From assembly GCF_963921235.1 (NCBI RefSeq), contig NC_086097.1, forward strand, positions 193,690,001 to 193,754,000: 64,000 nt of DNA. Direction: 5' to 3'. The translations under genes and the position numbers were made by a program. Each line of letters begins with the position of its first letter. The first letter of the stretch is position 1. Under the pieces are notes generated by a model. The model saw only the letters and a program-made list of their open reading frames with translations, did not search any database and was not told the DNA's origin. Of this stretch, positions 50,241-63,810 are shown one piece after another. The stretch comes from Mobula hypostoma (lineage: Eukaryota).

Positions 50241-50379
50241 TCTAAATGAATATTTGCAACATTCTAATTTCTTGCCTGCTGATCTTTGAAGCTACTTACA
50301 CTATTGCTAATAATTACTCCATTTAGCCAGATTGCATTACTTCCAATTGATGGTTTCTGCAGTTTGTTCAGTTTTCTTT

Positions 50380-51415
50380 TATTTAGCAATACAGCGCCGA
50401 GTAGGCCCTTCTTCCCCTTCGAGCCGTGCCATCCCAGCAACCCCGCCAAATCTGATTGACCCTAACCTAATCATGGGACAAATTACAATGACTGATTAAT
50501 CTACCTAAGTTCAAGTTTAATTGTTATTCAACCATAAATGAATGCCCATGAATACAGCCAAACAAAACAGCGTTACTCCAGGGCCCAGGTGTAAGACTCA
50601 GTACCAACAGTCTCACACGGCACAAGGCACGCATAGCACATATAAGAAAGCAGTAAAATACAGTCACATAAGAAAATATATAGTCCAAGTCTCTGAGTCC
50701 ATGTATGTTGCAGTAGTCTGCAGCTGAACACAATACGTCTTGTTGCCTGTCAAGCAAACACTGGAGGGCAGCACTGATTCCAGCCTGCATGCCACACCAT
50801 ACTGCCTCCATCCTAGCAGTGGAGTGCATCGAGTCTGACCTCTCTCTCCTGGGCAGTTGCAAATAGTTAACACTGTGGCTTGAGGCCCTGCAGCTCCTTC
50901 ACCACATGCCAATAAATCAGTGTATTTGAATTGCAGCATTCTGCATAAGCAGGATATTGCAATCACAAGAAAACTGACTAAGACGATCGCTTATTTTTAG
51001 ACTTCACACCTCCTTCACACACCCACTCCGCTGCCTCTCTGATACAGGCAGCAGCGCGATTTCCACCAAGTCCAACTCCTTCAGTTTCTCCACTGATGAG
51101 CAACTCACAGATGGGGTATACCTGCAGTATTTTAGGTTGTTAATGTCCAGCAGGGTCTTGAGATAGTAAAAAAAAATACATTCTAAAAAGACGGTAACAC
51201 CATTGGTTGGCCCCGTAGAAGACGGTACACAGAGCGTGCTTCTATCCTACTACAAGTCCAGTAGGTTTGGACTGTGGGAGGAACCCGGAGCAGCTGGAGA
51301 AACCCATGCATTCCACGAGGAGAACCCCTTAAAGAATGATGTTGAAATTGAACTCAGAATTCCAGAATGCCCCGAGCTGTAATAGTGTCACGCTAATCAC
51401 TAAGCTACCATGGTG
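50380..51415 (-). mobile_element. V-SINE (HE1-like) split by a ~740-bp insertion (50507-51245) with a Rex1-type tail
   Basis: SINE tail aggcccttc..cttcgagcc at ~50400; V domain ggactgtgggaggaacccggagc at ~51270. Confidence 0.65.
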
Positions 51416-53249
51416 CTGTTTTAGTTGGACAAGTGAGCAGTCTCTGATTATGGATGGAAATCCTAGAACCTGTGAGATTTCCATGGTATGTTTTAACAGT
51501 GCCAACTAAACTACAGTAGTTCAGCATCTCATCTCAGGTGTAAATTCTAGTTTTGTTTCATAATCCTTTGATAACCTATTTTTTCTGTCGCCGTCCCTGT
51601 GATTGCTCACTCACGTTTGCCCCAGTCCGGTAATATTTCAAACTCAACATTTTCATTATGTGTCTGAAACCAGACTGTCCCCAGCATATCCTTGGGCTGT
51701 GCTGGCTAATGAGACAAACAATGAATTTCACTGTATGTTTCAATGTACTTGTGATGAATAAATGAACCAGAATCTGAAAATGCTCATTCTGTAACTTCCT
51801 CCAGCCCTGCAACTTCCCAAGAACTCTGTGTTCCTCTAATATTGTCTCCTGGGTATGTGTGACATCTTTCACTCCAGCAATAATGGGATCAGTCCAAGCT
51901 CTGAAATGTCATCTCTCACCTTTCTGCTACTGTTCCTCTCATTCCTCTTTTTGAGATAATCTTAAGGCGCTCTCCTTCCACCGATTCTTTTGTCACTATT
52001 CTAATATCCCCTTCATTGTGTCAGTCTCTAATTCTGTGAATTACTTTTGAGTGGTTTACTCTATTAAAGGCATTATTATTATTATTATTACAAAATTACA
52101 TCACATTTTAGTTAATTTGTTCAAGAATCCGGTGATAATGATCACATGGGGATTCAAGCTGAATGAAGATACTGAAGGTTGAGGAGACAAGTAAACAGAA
52201 CATTAGATTTATGTCCTGGGAATTTGGGAATTATTCAAAATAATTGTACACATTAACTCTATTCATTCAAATATGTCAGATTTAGAATCACAGAGATGCA
52301 GCATGTACACAGGAGCTCCTGGAGGAAACCCCTGTGATCACATTGAGAAAGTGTAAAGTCCATACAGACAGCACCTAAGGTCAGGATTAAACCCTCTTTG
52401 ACTCCACTGCTGGAAGGCAGTGTCTCTAACAGGTGCACCACAGTTCTGCCTTGGTAACCTATTGTCCTAATTACATTTGAAACAAATGGATCACCTTTGA
52501 AACAAAACTGTTATAGAATGTCATCAACGTGTTGTAACTGAATGAATGATGATGATAAAGGTAGTCTGCACTGTTGGAAATGGGCTCCATTCCACCATTA
52601 AGATGTTATGGTGTAGAAGTTAATTTCACTGCTGTAACTTACAAATGTGTTTCTTACCTCAGTGCCATTCTTTGTGGAAGAAATCGTGTACAGAAGTATT
52701 GAAAACGATTTATAGATTTTCCTTGACTTGTGTGAAACACTTTTGCCACTCATAAACACAAAATGAATGTTTGTCACTATTAAATTCTAACCCACTATCA
52801 CCAGAGTGATGGGCTGGATAAATTTTGTCACTTTTTTTCAATACATATGTTTTTTTGAATTTAAAGCATGTGCATTTTTCCTCTTTTTAAATCCTTTTGT
52901 CTTACTATTTCCTAAATTCCATGTTAGGCTCTTAAACTCTGTAACTGTCTGGTAGAACTGAGAAACTGCATCTCAGAACTCTTCACATGCAGTTTCCTCA
53001 TCCTCTGTGGAAAAATGTGCTACTTCCTGGTCTCAGTTTTGAGCTACAGTACTCACCATATGAAGATCTGATCTATTATTAACTCCCAAATTAAATTAAT
53101 TTATGCCTTCTTTTATAGACTGTACAGAGCAATGATGTTAGACCCTCCAGAGCATTCATTAGCTAGTAAAGCTCATTGTGATTTCTGGGTTCAGCTCTCA
53201 ACAAAAGTATTTTCTTATAAACCAATGACAGCAATGGTGGTGGATAACA

Positions 53250-55120
53250 TAAAGGAAAGCATAAAACTAAAAGGTCATGCATATAAAGTTGTGAAGAATA
53301 GTGGTACACTGGAAGATTATTTAAAAAGTCACAAAGAACCACTAAGCAAACAATAAAGAAAGGGAGGATAGATTATGAAGGTGAACCAGCACAAAATATA
53401 AAACCAGATAGTACAATTTTCTATAACTATATAAAGCAGAAGAGAGTGGCTAAAGTGTGTATAGGTCCCTTGGAAAACAAAAAGTGGTAATTAATACTAG
53501 TTAATACATAAATTGCCAAGGGTTTGAACAAGTACTATGTCTCAGTCTTTACGGTGGAGGACACATTGAATATGCAGAGAGATGTTATGGATGTGATGGG
53601 AGGTGAAGACCTCAGCACATTTGCTATCACTAAAGAGGTAATGCTGAGCAATCTATTGAGCCTAAAGGTTGACAAGATCCTTGGTCCTGATGGACTGATT
53701 CCCTGGGTACTGAAAGAAATGGCAGAAGTTATAGTAGAAGCACTTGTGATAACTTATCAGAATTCTCTGGACTCTGGGCAGGTCCTGGAGGATTGGAGCA
53801 AATGTTAGGTCTGTTGGTTTTAAAATTTTGTAAAATGCTTGAAGCAATGACTATTGAAGAAATAGTAAAATAATTGGATAGGAATGGTTCCATCGGTCAG
53901 AGACAGCATGAATTGAAGAAGGGTGGGTCCTGTCTGACAGACTTATGGGAGTTTTTTGATGATATAACAAGCACAGTGGATAGACGGAAACAGTTGGATG
54001 TTGTATACTTGGATTTGCAGAAGGTATTCAATAAATTGCTGCACAAAAGACGTAACTATAACATAAGGATGAATGGAGTTAGGGGTAACATATTAGTATG
54101 GGTAGAGGATTAGCTTACCAATAGAAGGAAGATGGGCTAAATGGGTATTTCTCTGGAGGGCAATCAGTGGTGAGCGGAGTGTTGCAGAAGCTGGTACTGG
54201 GCCTACAAATGTTCAAATATACATTAATGATTTGGAAGCGGGTACCAAGTGAAGCATAATTAAGTTTACTGATGACACCAAATTGAATGGAAAAGCATGT
54301 TGCACAGAGGATGTGAGAGTCTGCAGATAAATGTAGATAGGGTAAGTGAGTGGGCAAAGGATGGCAGATGAGTACAATGCTGGTAAATGTGAAGTAATCC
54401 ACTTTGGAAGGAAAATTAGAAGATTAAATTATTATTTAAATAAAGAAAGGTTGCAGCATGCCAGTGCTTGTGTGAATTGCAAAATGTTGGTTTGCAGGTG
54501 CAATCAAGTTGTCAAGAAGGCAAATGGTATATTGGCCTTCACTGGGTTAGGAGGTTATCCTACAACTATACAGAGTGCTGGTGAGGTTGCACCTGGAGTA
54601 CTGCATGCAGTTTTAGTCTCTTTACTGGAGAAAAGATGTACTGGATTTTGAGGCAGTGCAGAGGACATCCACCAGGTTAATCCCTGGGGATAGGAGGTAT
54701 GAGGACAGATTACGTTGTCTGGGACTATATGTGCTGGAATTCAAAGAATGAAAGGAAATCTTATAGAAACATATAAAATTATGAAAGGGGTAGGTAAGAT
54801 AGTAGCAGGAAATTTGTTTCCACTGGTAGATGAGTATAGAATAGAGGATGTAACCTCAAGATTTGGAGGAGTAGAGCAGGGACTTAGGAAAGGGAAGAAG
54901 AGGAATTGCTTTTCTCAGAGAGTAGGGAACTCCAGGATAGTAGAAAAGGTTATCTCAGAAATATATTTAAGACACAGTTAGATAGCTTTTTTTCTTCTCG
55001 GGAAATTATGGTGAAAAGGCAGACAAATGGAACAGAATTAACAGATAGATCAGTCATGATCTTATTGAATAGTGGAGCAGGCTCGATGGGCCTGGTGAAC
55101 TACCCCTGCTCTTATTTCTT
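53250..55120 (+). mobile_element. CR1-clade LINE remnant
   Basis: GPDGLIPWVLKEMAE, YLDLQKVFNK, YNAGKCEVIHFGRK. Confidence 0.88.
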
Positions 55121-56049
55121 ATGTACTTCTGATACGTTATCTCCTTCAAATTCACGCACAAAGTTAATTGAAATTTGATTCCCTATATTATCTAATAAAA
55201 ATCTTCTAGGTTTGAAGTTGGTATAATATGTAAGAGAAATAATACTAGTTGAGTGAAGATAACAAGTGAGATAAAATTGGTAAATAACAGACCAATTACT
55301 TAAAATATAATTAAACATTTTCCCCTGTCAACTTAATAGTGTAACTGACCTCATTATAGATTGTCTACATCAGGAATATGGTGTCAAGTGTGCAAACAAT
55401 GTGGCCTGCCCATTGGAGGATGTTTGCCTACTCTGCCAGTTGATTTGGAAGATTTTCAGGAGGCAGCATTGGTGCTATCTGCTCAAATTTTCTTTTCCAC
55501 CATCAATTTTGGGTAGCCCATATCTTGGAAGTGTAAAAGAGGACAGGATCACAGATGCCTTGTAGACCATGAGGTATGAGCCAGGTTTGAGGTCCAGTAA
55601 TTGCAGAGAATATCTCAGGCATTTTCTTTCATCCTTTACAACATGGCACTGGGAATATTTAATGAAATTGCACTACTTTTTATTCGTAATAGATCTGCTA
55701 ATTAATTTGAATACTCTTAACAAAGGGGTAACATATCCAGGAACAACTATCTGTTTCTTTCTCTATAATAAATGTATGAGGGTTGTTGCTGAATTTAAAT
55801 TTCATTGGCATTTTTTTTTGTGATCCCACTATAATATAAAGTCTCACGCCAGTTGCAGTTTTAAGTAATTTATATGAGAAGGTCATTATGCTGATCAGAT
55901 CCAAGATCACTTGAGGGATTACTTATAAAATATCTAGAATGCCCTCTTTATTGCATTACACAAAGAGATCCATACAGCCAGATTTGTATTAAAAGAGCTG
56001 AACTGTCATGGAATCAAATGCTAATTTGATAAACTCTGCCTTCAACCAG

Positions 56050-56246
56050 CTGCTCCAGCTCCACCTTATGGAATAACAGTGCTTGAAAGTGTCCGTGATT
56101 CAATGGTGCTTGGATGGAAGCAACCCAAATTCCACGGTGGTTCTGACGTCACTGGCTACTTTGTGGATTATCGTGAAATTATTAATGATAAACCTGGAAA
56201 ATGGAAAGAAGCCCATATCAAAGCTATCAGCGATCGAGCATACAGA
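56050..56246 (+). CDS. MYOM1: MYOM1 exon, Fn3 My7 first half (AAPAPPYGITVLESVRDSMVLGWKQPKFHGGSDVTGYFVDYREIINDKPGKWKEAHIKAISDRAYR)
   Basis: accAG / GTaggt; RDSMVLGWKQP motif. Confidence 0.95.
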
Positions 56247-57185
56247 GTAGGTGAAACAATGACTTACTTCCCAGACATGTTTTTTAAGTTGTAAAAGAGA
56301 GCTCTTTTGAAATTGGTTCTCGTGGCAATCTGAAAGTATCAAAGGAATTAACCTATGTATCACTGGCATTAAAATAATTTTAACTTTAAAATCTAAGGAC
56401 CACCAATTTGACCCTCCTTTCATCTAAAGTTATTGCATCTGCTTCACTTTTGCAGACATGTAACCTTTGTCTCAGACTGGCATGTAAACATTTCATTAGA
56501 AATATACCAGCACTGGATTATGGTCCATATCAACAGACCATGTGCATCTGCAAGGTCAAATGGAGTAATGTTGAATATTGTTTGAAATATGGTTTCATGG
56601 AATTGGATACATTTCAGTTTTACTTTAACCCTGTGTAAATCATTGGATGATGCTGGTAATTCTCAGCACATCAGAGAATATTTAAGGAAAGAGAAACAAG
56701 GTTAACACTTTTAAAAAGAAAATCAATATCAGAGCTGATTGCATTATAAACAGCCACAGATGGCAGGAAAGGATTGTAAAATGATATAAAGTGGAAGACT
56801 TACAATTAAAAGACCAACGGGATGACAGTACTAGCCATAATAAAGCAGTAATTACCAGTGTCAAATAAGATGAAAGAAGAGTAACTCCTTACAGCGGAAT
56901 AGCTCAGAGGTTGTGAGGGTTCACATGAGTGAGGTGCTTAAGGTAAGGAGAAGAAAATATAGGGGACATTGATGGAAAATCTGGAAAATATAGAATGGGT
57001 TATAGTTAACTGGGACTTGAAATTCTATCTGATTTCCCTCTCAATTGATGCACCCTGACATGCCGAGAATCCCAATGTTCTTTGCTTTTAATTTCGATAA
57101 CTGGCGTCAAATGCATTTATGTTAATTAGTGGACCTATTATATTGTCTTCTTCTAATTCTTGATTTTGTAACTTGCTTTCTTTAG

Positions 57186-57312
57186 ATCAATGACCTAAAG
57201 GAGAACATGACATATCAATTTCAAGTTCGTGCGGGCAACGTGGCTGGAATTGGTTTACCTTCTGAACCGAGTGATAAGTTTAAGTGTGAAGAATGGACCA
57301 TTGCTGTTCCAG
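57186..57312 (+). CDS. MYOM1: MYOM1 exon, My7 second half (INDLKENMTYQFQVRAGNVAGIGLPSEPSDKFKCEEWTIAVP), GC donor
   Basis: tttAG acceptor; FKCEEWTIAVP motif; only CAG|GCgggt gives the phase-1 join to the next exon. Confidence 0.92.
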
Positions 57313-58019
57313 GCGGGTTTATCAGTCTTTTGAAACAATATACTTAGAGTGTTGAAGCAGAATACTAAAGTGAGAATGAGAAATGCTTTTAAATGGGAAT
57401 GGTGCTAGGAACTGAGGCATAAGAGCAAATTGTCAGTAGACGAGAAGATTTTTTTTTTGTAATTTCATGGAATTTACTTGCAGGCAATTGCTTCTAATAA
57501 CAAAAACAGACAAAACATACCTTTTTAGAAATGCTTCCAGTCAGGCCTCCCAAGGCACGGAGAAATTGATCTAACTGTGTCATGCATGCTCTCCCTATTT
57601 ACAATATGTTTACAGAAAGGCAAACAAACTTCCTCAGGTGGATGATCTAGGTTGTAGAACGTAATTTTCTGCATTTGAAAAGTTCCTACAGAAAATTAAA
57701 TATGTAGATACATGAGTGTTAACAATTTGATTCGTACACTGTGGTAGCAATGAGTTACAAGGTATTGTTTTGCATTCCAACTGTAGGCAACGTTTCCTCT
57801 GGTTGCATTTTCTAGAAGAAGATGTTTACATCTACATTAGAAACACATAGCTGAATCCTGTAAGGATATCCTGATATATAGGGATTTTCTATTCACATAT
57901 ACTATAATTTTTCAAATTACTTTTGGAGAGGATCCTAGCTAGGACTGACTGTAAGTGATCTATAGTTACTGTCTTTGGACATATTTTGTGTGAATAATGT
58001 ATTTTCCATATCAATGCAG

Positions 58020-58204
58020 GGCCACCCCATGATCTTATGTACACTGAGGTCAGAAAGAACTCAGTGGTCCTCACCTGGAGAGCTCCAGTATATTCAGGAC
58101 GTAGTGAGGTGAGAGGGTACTATGCTGATGTCCGGGAGGCAGATGCAGATGAAGAAAAATGGACAAGTGTCAATGAGAAGGCAATATTGAAGAGATTCGT
58201 AAAG
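58020..58204 (+). CDS. MYOM1: MYOM1 exon, Fn3 My8 first half (GPPHDLMYTEVRKNSVVLTWRAPVYSGRSEVRGYYADV...RFVK)
   Basis: tgcAG / GTaaag; matches human GPPHSLKCSEVRKDSLVLQWKPPVHSGR. Confidence 0.94.
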
Positions 58205-58289
58205 GTAAAGGGCAATAATTCCTACTCCCAAAAATATGCTATATGAACACAATTTTTCAGCTCAGCTTTGTTAGATCAAATGAACAAAA

Positions 58290-60665
58290 TAGAATCACAG
58301 AGTCATGGAAAGGTACAGCACAGAAACAGGCTCTTCAACCAATCTAATCCATGCTGAAACCTCTTAAACTGCCTACTCCCATCGACCTGCACTGGGACCA
58401 TAGCCCTCCATATCCCTACCATTCATGTACATATCCAAACTTCGCTTAAGTGTTGAAATTGTGCTCACATTGACCACTTGTGCCAGTAGCTCGTTCCACA
58501 CTCACATGAATAACCTTCTGAATGAAGAAGTTTCCCCTCATGTCTCCTTAAGCTTTTCACCTTTCACCCTTAATCCATGACCTCTGGTTGTAGTCCTGCC
58601 CAACCTCAGTGGAAAAAACCTCCTTGCATTTACCCTATCTATGCCCCTTGTAATTTTGTATACCCCTATCAAATCTTCCCTCAGTCTTCCATGTTCTAAA
58701 GAATAGAGTCCAAACCTATTCAATTTTTCCTTGTAACTCAGGTCCTCCAGACCTAGCAACATCCTTGTTAATTTTCTCTGTACTCTTTTAACCTTATTTA
58801 CATCTCTCCTGTAGCTAGGTGACCAAATCTGCAGACAATACTCCAAACTAGACCTCACCCATGTCTTACACAATTTCAACATAATATCCTATCTCAATAC
58901 TTTGATTTATGAAAGCTAGTGTGCCAAAAGCTTTCTTTATGACTATCTACTTGCAACACCACTTTCAATGAATTCTGGATCTGTATTCCCAGATCCCTTT
59001 GTTCTACCACACTCCTCAGTGTCCTACCACTCACTGTGTAAGACCTACCCTGGTTTGTCCTATTGAAGTGCAACACTTTGCACCTCTCTGCATTAAATTC
59101 CATCTATCATTTTCAGCTCAATTCTAGCTAGCCAGATCCCTCTGTAAGCCATGATGGACTTCCTTGCTATACACAAAATCCCCAATCTTGGTGCCATCCA
59201 CAAATCTGCTGATCCAGTAACCACATTATCATCCAGATTGTTGACATAGATGACAAACAACAACAGACCCAGCACCGATCCCTGCAGCACTCCTCTGACA
59301 GGTCTCCTGTCTGATAGGCCACCATCTCTGGCTTCTCCCACAAAGCTAATGTCTGATCAAATTTACTACATCATCTTGAATGCTGAATGACTGAATCTTC
59401 TTGACCAACCTCCCATGTGGAACCTTGTCAAATGCCTTGCTAAAGTCCATGTAGACAACATCCACTGCCTTGCCTTCATCCACTTTCCTGGTAACTTCTA
59501 GGAAAACCTTATAAGATTAGTTAGGCATAACCTACACGCACAAAGCCATACTGACTATCCTTAATCAGTCCATGTCTATCCAAATACTTATATATTCAGT
59601 CCCTTAGAATACCCTTCAATAACTTTTCCACAGCTGATGTCAGACTCATTGATCTATAATTTTCTGGATTACATTTAGAGCCATTCTTAGGGCCTCAATA
59701 TCTCTTGAAAACTAACATTTCCTATACCTGTTATCTTTACCTTTTATTCTGACAGGTACATACAAGCTTTGTACTCTCCCACGTATCAAGTACACCTTTA
59801 CCAGAAAACAGCCTGTCCCAATCCACACTTGCCAGATTATTTCTGAATCCATCAAATTGGCCTGCCTCCGATTTAGGATCTCAACCCACGGACCAGGCCT
59901 ATCCTTTTTCATATCTACTTTGAAACTCATGCCATTGTGATCACTAGATGCAAAGTGTTCCTGTACGCAAACTCCTGTCAGCTGGCCTCTCCCATTCACC
60001 CATAGCAGATCAAGTACCGCACACTTTCTTGTTGGGACTACTACATACTTATGAAGGAAACTATCCTGAACACATTTGAGAAACTTGATCCCATCTAGTC
60101 CTTTTATAGTATGGGAGACTCAGTCAATATGTTGAAGGTTAAAATCACAACCTTATGTTTCTTGCAACAGTCTGTGATCTCTCTACAAATTTGTTCCTCT
60201 AGATCCTGCGGAATATTGGGTGGGCTGTAATATAGCCCCAATAACATGGTCATACCTTTCTTATTTCTCAGTTCACCTTACTAAACAAGTTCTTCAGTCT
60301 GTCCTGACTGAGCACTGCTGTGACATTTTCCCTGCCTAGTACACCACCCCTCCTACTTTAATCCCTCCTGCTCTGTCGTGTCTAAAACAACGGAACCCCG
60401 GAATATTGAGCTGCCAGTCCTGTCCGTCTTGCAAACAAGTTTAATTAATGGGCACAATATCATACTTCCAGGTGTTGATCCATACCCTGAGCTCATTCGT
60501 CTTTGGTACAATACATCTTGCATTGAAATATACTGTATGCAGCTCAGCACGCTTGTCGCACCATGCTCAACATTTTGATTCCTGACTTTGTCTGAGGTCT
60601 GACAAATATTTGTCTCCTCAGCCTCACCACTAATTGTTCTGGCACTCTGGTTCCCATCCCCCTGC
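58290..60665 (-). mobile_element. CR1-clade LINE remnant
   Basis: MEFNAERCKVLHF, QGSVLGLLLFVIYVNNLD, LEYCLQIWSP. Confidence 0.88.
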
Positions 60666-61201
60666 AAGAAAATAATGGTGATGTTCCCAGTTTTCCAAAA
60701 GATTGATGTATATATTACTAAAAAGTTGACATCTAATTCTGTTCTAAAGTTAATATTACAGTTACTCTTGTATACTTAATTCTTATCAGATTGTTTACAG
60801 CTCTTGATTTGGAAAGTTACTGAGTAGTCTCTCAATTAATAGAAATTGCAGTTTATTGCAGGCCTGAACTATGATGGTCAAGATGTTGGTAATAGTACCC
60901 ATAAGCGAAAGAACCATTGGGATCTTTGTAATGAGAAATAAAGGGTTTAGCACTTGTTTGAAACCCACACTGCATGATTGCTTGGCCTTTATGTTCAAGT
61001 GTATGATGCTTTACAAATACAAATAGTTGATGGGCAGAGGGGGTGGTAAAAGAAAGGGAAAAATAAAACAGTATTTTGTGGCATGGAGGGTGCTGCCAAG
61101 TGCAAAAGAATTTTATCAAGTTCATAATGAAGAATGAATAAAAAGAGATTTTACTTTTAAATTAGCTCAGTGTTTCACCAATACTTCAATATTGCCATTA
61201 G

Positions 61202-61316
61202 GTACAAGGACTGAAAGAAGGTGTGAGCTATGTTTTCCGTGTACGGGCTGTGAACATGGCAGGTGTTGGAAAGCCATCTGATTTAACAGAGCCAGTCACT
61301 GCAGAAACAAGCCCAG
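61202..61316 (+). CDS. MYOM1: MYOM1 exon, My8 second half ([38 protein letters not shown]); the gene continues beyond the window
   Basis: attAG / GTttgt; [14 protein letters not shown] motif. Confidence 0.95.
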
Positions 61317-62737
61317 GTTTGTCTTTATAGTTTCCAAAGAACCTTGAGAATTAAAATAAATCTTATTCACAGTGAGTGGAATGAATTTAAGTGAAATAAG
61401 TGGCTTTGATCATAATTGCCACTCTCTATTGTATAATAAGGCAGCTTAATTTTTCACACCAGAGCTTCTTTCATTTAGGTGCTATTTGATCTTCCCGAAA
61501 CTGTAAAAGATGTTAAGACCACAAGAGGGTACAACCACCGGCTTCCATAATTGAATAATCTGCATTAGGCAATTTACATACATTACTCTCTGCTTTATTC
61601 CAACTGATCTACATTATTAAACCTGAAAAAAATATGTGAGGTGTACTGAAGAAATGTAACACCTCGTCTGTACTGAGATATCTAATTCCACAATGGCAGA
61701 ATTTAACCCAACTGCTCCCCAGGAAAGAAGTTTGGTCAATATTCTCTTGATAGCCTGCAGGCTGGAATGATTATTTTGTGCAAGATGATTTCATTTCTAA
61801 TTTGTCATTGGATTAAATAATTTAGTGACACCACTTAGCCTCTAATTTAGAGAATGTACACTTGAGAAAAGTATCAGATGTGCTTCCAAGTTGGAATCAC
61901 AGGCCATTGCAAGAAAAGGCCTTGGCCTAAGGGCACTGAGACCTTTTACAACATGGTTTGTAACCCTCTAATTCAGAGGTTCCAAACCTTTTTTATGCCA
62001 TGGACCCATATCATTAACCGAAGGGCTCCTGCTGTAATTGGTGTCATGTCAGTGATCGCAAACCAAAAGACAAATCTTGGACCTTCTGATTTGTATAACT
62101 GATATTAATTTCACTGACACTGCCAATGAGTAACAATCTGCTGAAGGAATGCAACAGGCCAAGCAACATCTGTGTGGGAAAAGGAATTGTCAATATTTAA
62201 GGTTGAAACTCAAAAATGGCAATTCTTCCCCCACCCCCACCACAGAAGCTGCTCGACCTGCTGAGTTTCCCCGGCAGATTGCTGGAATATCGACAGTCTC
62301 TGATTTCGACCCTACCAATGAGAAAGTTTAATCACATTTTGTTTTTATTGCAGTTTTCAATGTTTTTTAAATCTATCCTTTGTTTACCTGGCCTGTAAAT
62401 CTATCAAATTTGGACTGCTAGTGTGAGGATTGAGTTTGAGTCGCATTCCTCAGCCGTGACATCATAAAATAAAAACCTAAATATGAATTAAAATCCTTTG
62501 ATGTTTTAATCAAAGAAACTAATAAATCATAATTCCTTCAGAAAAAGTGGCACATTTTGGAGAGAAATGAAGAAATTCTGAAGTTCCTTTTTGAATGAAA
62601 GTGCTGTTCTCTGACTAATAGAGGTAATTGTCTGCTGGATAATTAGAGTCCTAGAGTAATACAGCACAGAAAAAGGCCCTTCAGCTCAACTGGACCATGT
62701 CAGTTATAACATTCTCCCTGCTAGTCCCAGTTGCCTG

Positions 62738-63460
62738 CAGACATCCCACCCTGCAAAAACTCATCTCAGGGAGGTAGCACCATCAATTTGCGGGAGACTC
62801 CCGGGAGAGGTGGGATGTCTGAAATAGAGTAGCTCCTGAGCAGCTAGCCAGCTAGTTTAAATAACTTCTGGATGAATGACACCTGTTAAAGTCACCACAA
62901 CATGTCTTTTACAGTTATTTGGGCAATAGAAAAATCACTGTTGCAAACAGTGCAGCGAGCAACACTGTCATTATTTTTTACCCCTGGTACGCAGGGGTAC
63001 ACTTTAGTGTAGTCTAGGGTGATGTACGTGTTTTTTTTTGGAACACTCTGCCACTCTGACTTTTTTTGGAACTCTCGCTCTTGCTCTCTCTCTATCGCGC
63101 GCGCTGTCTCACTTATGGTCGCTCTCACTCGCGCTTGCTTTCTCGCTCTCTCTCGCGCTTGCTTTCTCGCTCTCTCTCGCGCATGCTTTCTCGCTCTCGC
63201 GCTTGCTTTCTCGCTCTCTCTCGCGCTTGCTTTCTCGCTCTCTCTCGCTCTTGCTTTCTCGCTCTCATGGTTGCTCTCACTTCCACTCGCTCTCTTGCGC
63301 TTGCTTTCTTGCTCTTGCGCTCACTCTCTCGCGCACATTCTCTCACGCTTGCTCTCAAAAAAGTCAATTTCCAGGACATTGTGTATAATTTGCGGGCATC
63401 AGGGAGCCACTATTAATTTGCGGGAGACTCTCGGAAGTTCCGGGAGAGGTGGGTTGTCTG
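62738..63460. mobile_element. DNA transposon derivative with CAGACATCCCACC TIRs and 6-bp TSD, inserted in an HE1-type tail
   Basis: cagacatcccacc ... ggtgggttgtctg; tgcctg at 62732-62737 and 63461-63466; minus-strand ARCTVCNSDFSIA BED-finger-like remnant. Confidence 0.82.
63072..63355. repeat. CT-rich minisatellite (~24-nt unit ctcgcgcttgctttctcgctctct)
   Basis: repeated directly in the sequence; explains the SR/LA-rich spurious ORFs. Confidence 0.9.
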
Positions 63461-63589
63461 TGCCTGCATTCGGCCCATAACCAACCAAGCTACCCCACCC
63501 CCCCCCCGTACCTATCCAAATAATGTATTTTCCACGCTCTCTTTCCTGACAATTGTACACAATACCGCAAGTGCAGTCTCTCCAATAAC

Positions 63590-63810
63590 TTTTATAACTG
63601 CAACATGATGTCCCTACTTCTAAACTTTATGCCCTGACCGATGAAGGCCAGCATGCTAAATGCCTTCTTTACCACGCTGTCTACTTGTGAGGCCGATGCT
63701 AGTGAACTGTGCACTGAAGCTGCCAGGTTCCTCTGTTCCATCAGTGGCCTGCCATTAATCTTACGCTGGTTTGGCCGTCCAAAATGCATGATCTCATACT
63801 TATCTAATTG
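63590..63810 (-). mobile_element. CR1 fragment
   Basis: QVDSVVKKAFSMLAFIGQGIKFRSRDIMLQL. Confidence 0.8.

Noticed and set aside
52640..52715. Pyrimidine tract plus CAG giving VPFFVEEIVYRSIENDL-stop
   Set aside because: No homology or transcript evidence; such sites are common by chance.
63019..63480. SR-rich and LA-rich ORFs
   Set aside because: Artefacts of the CT-rich minisatellite inside a DNA transposon.
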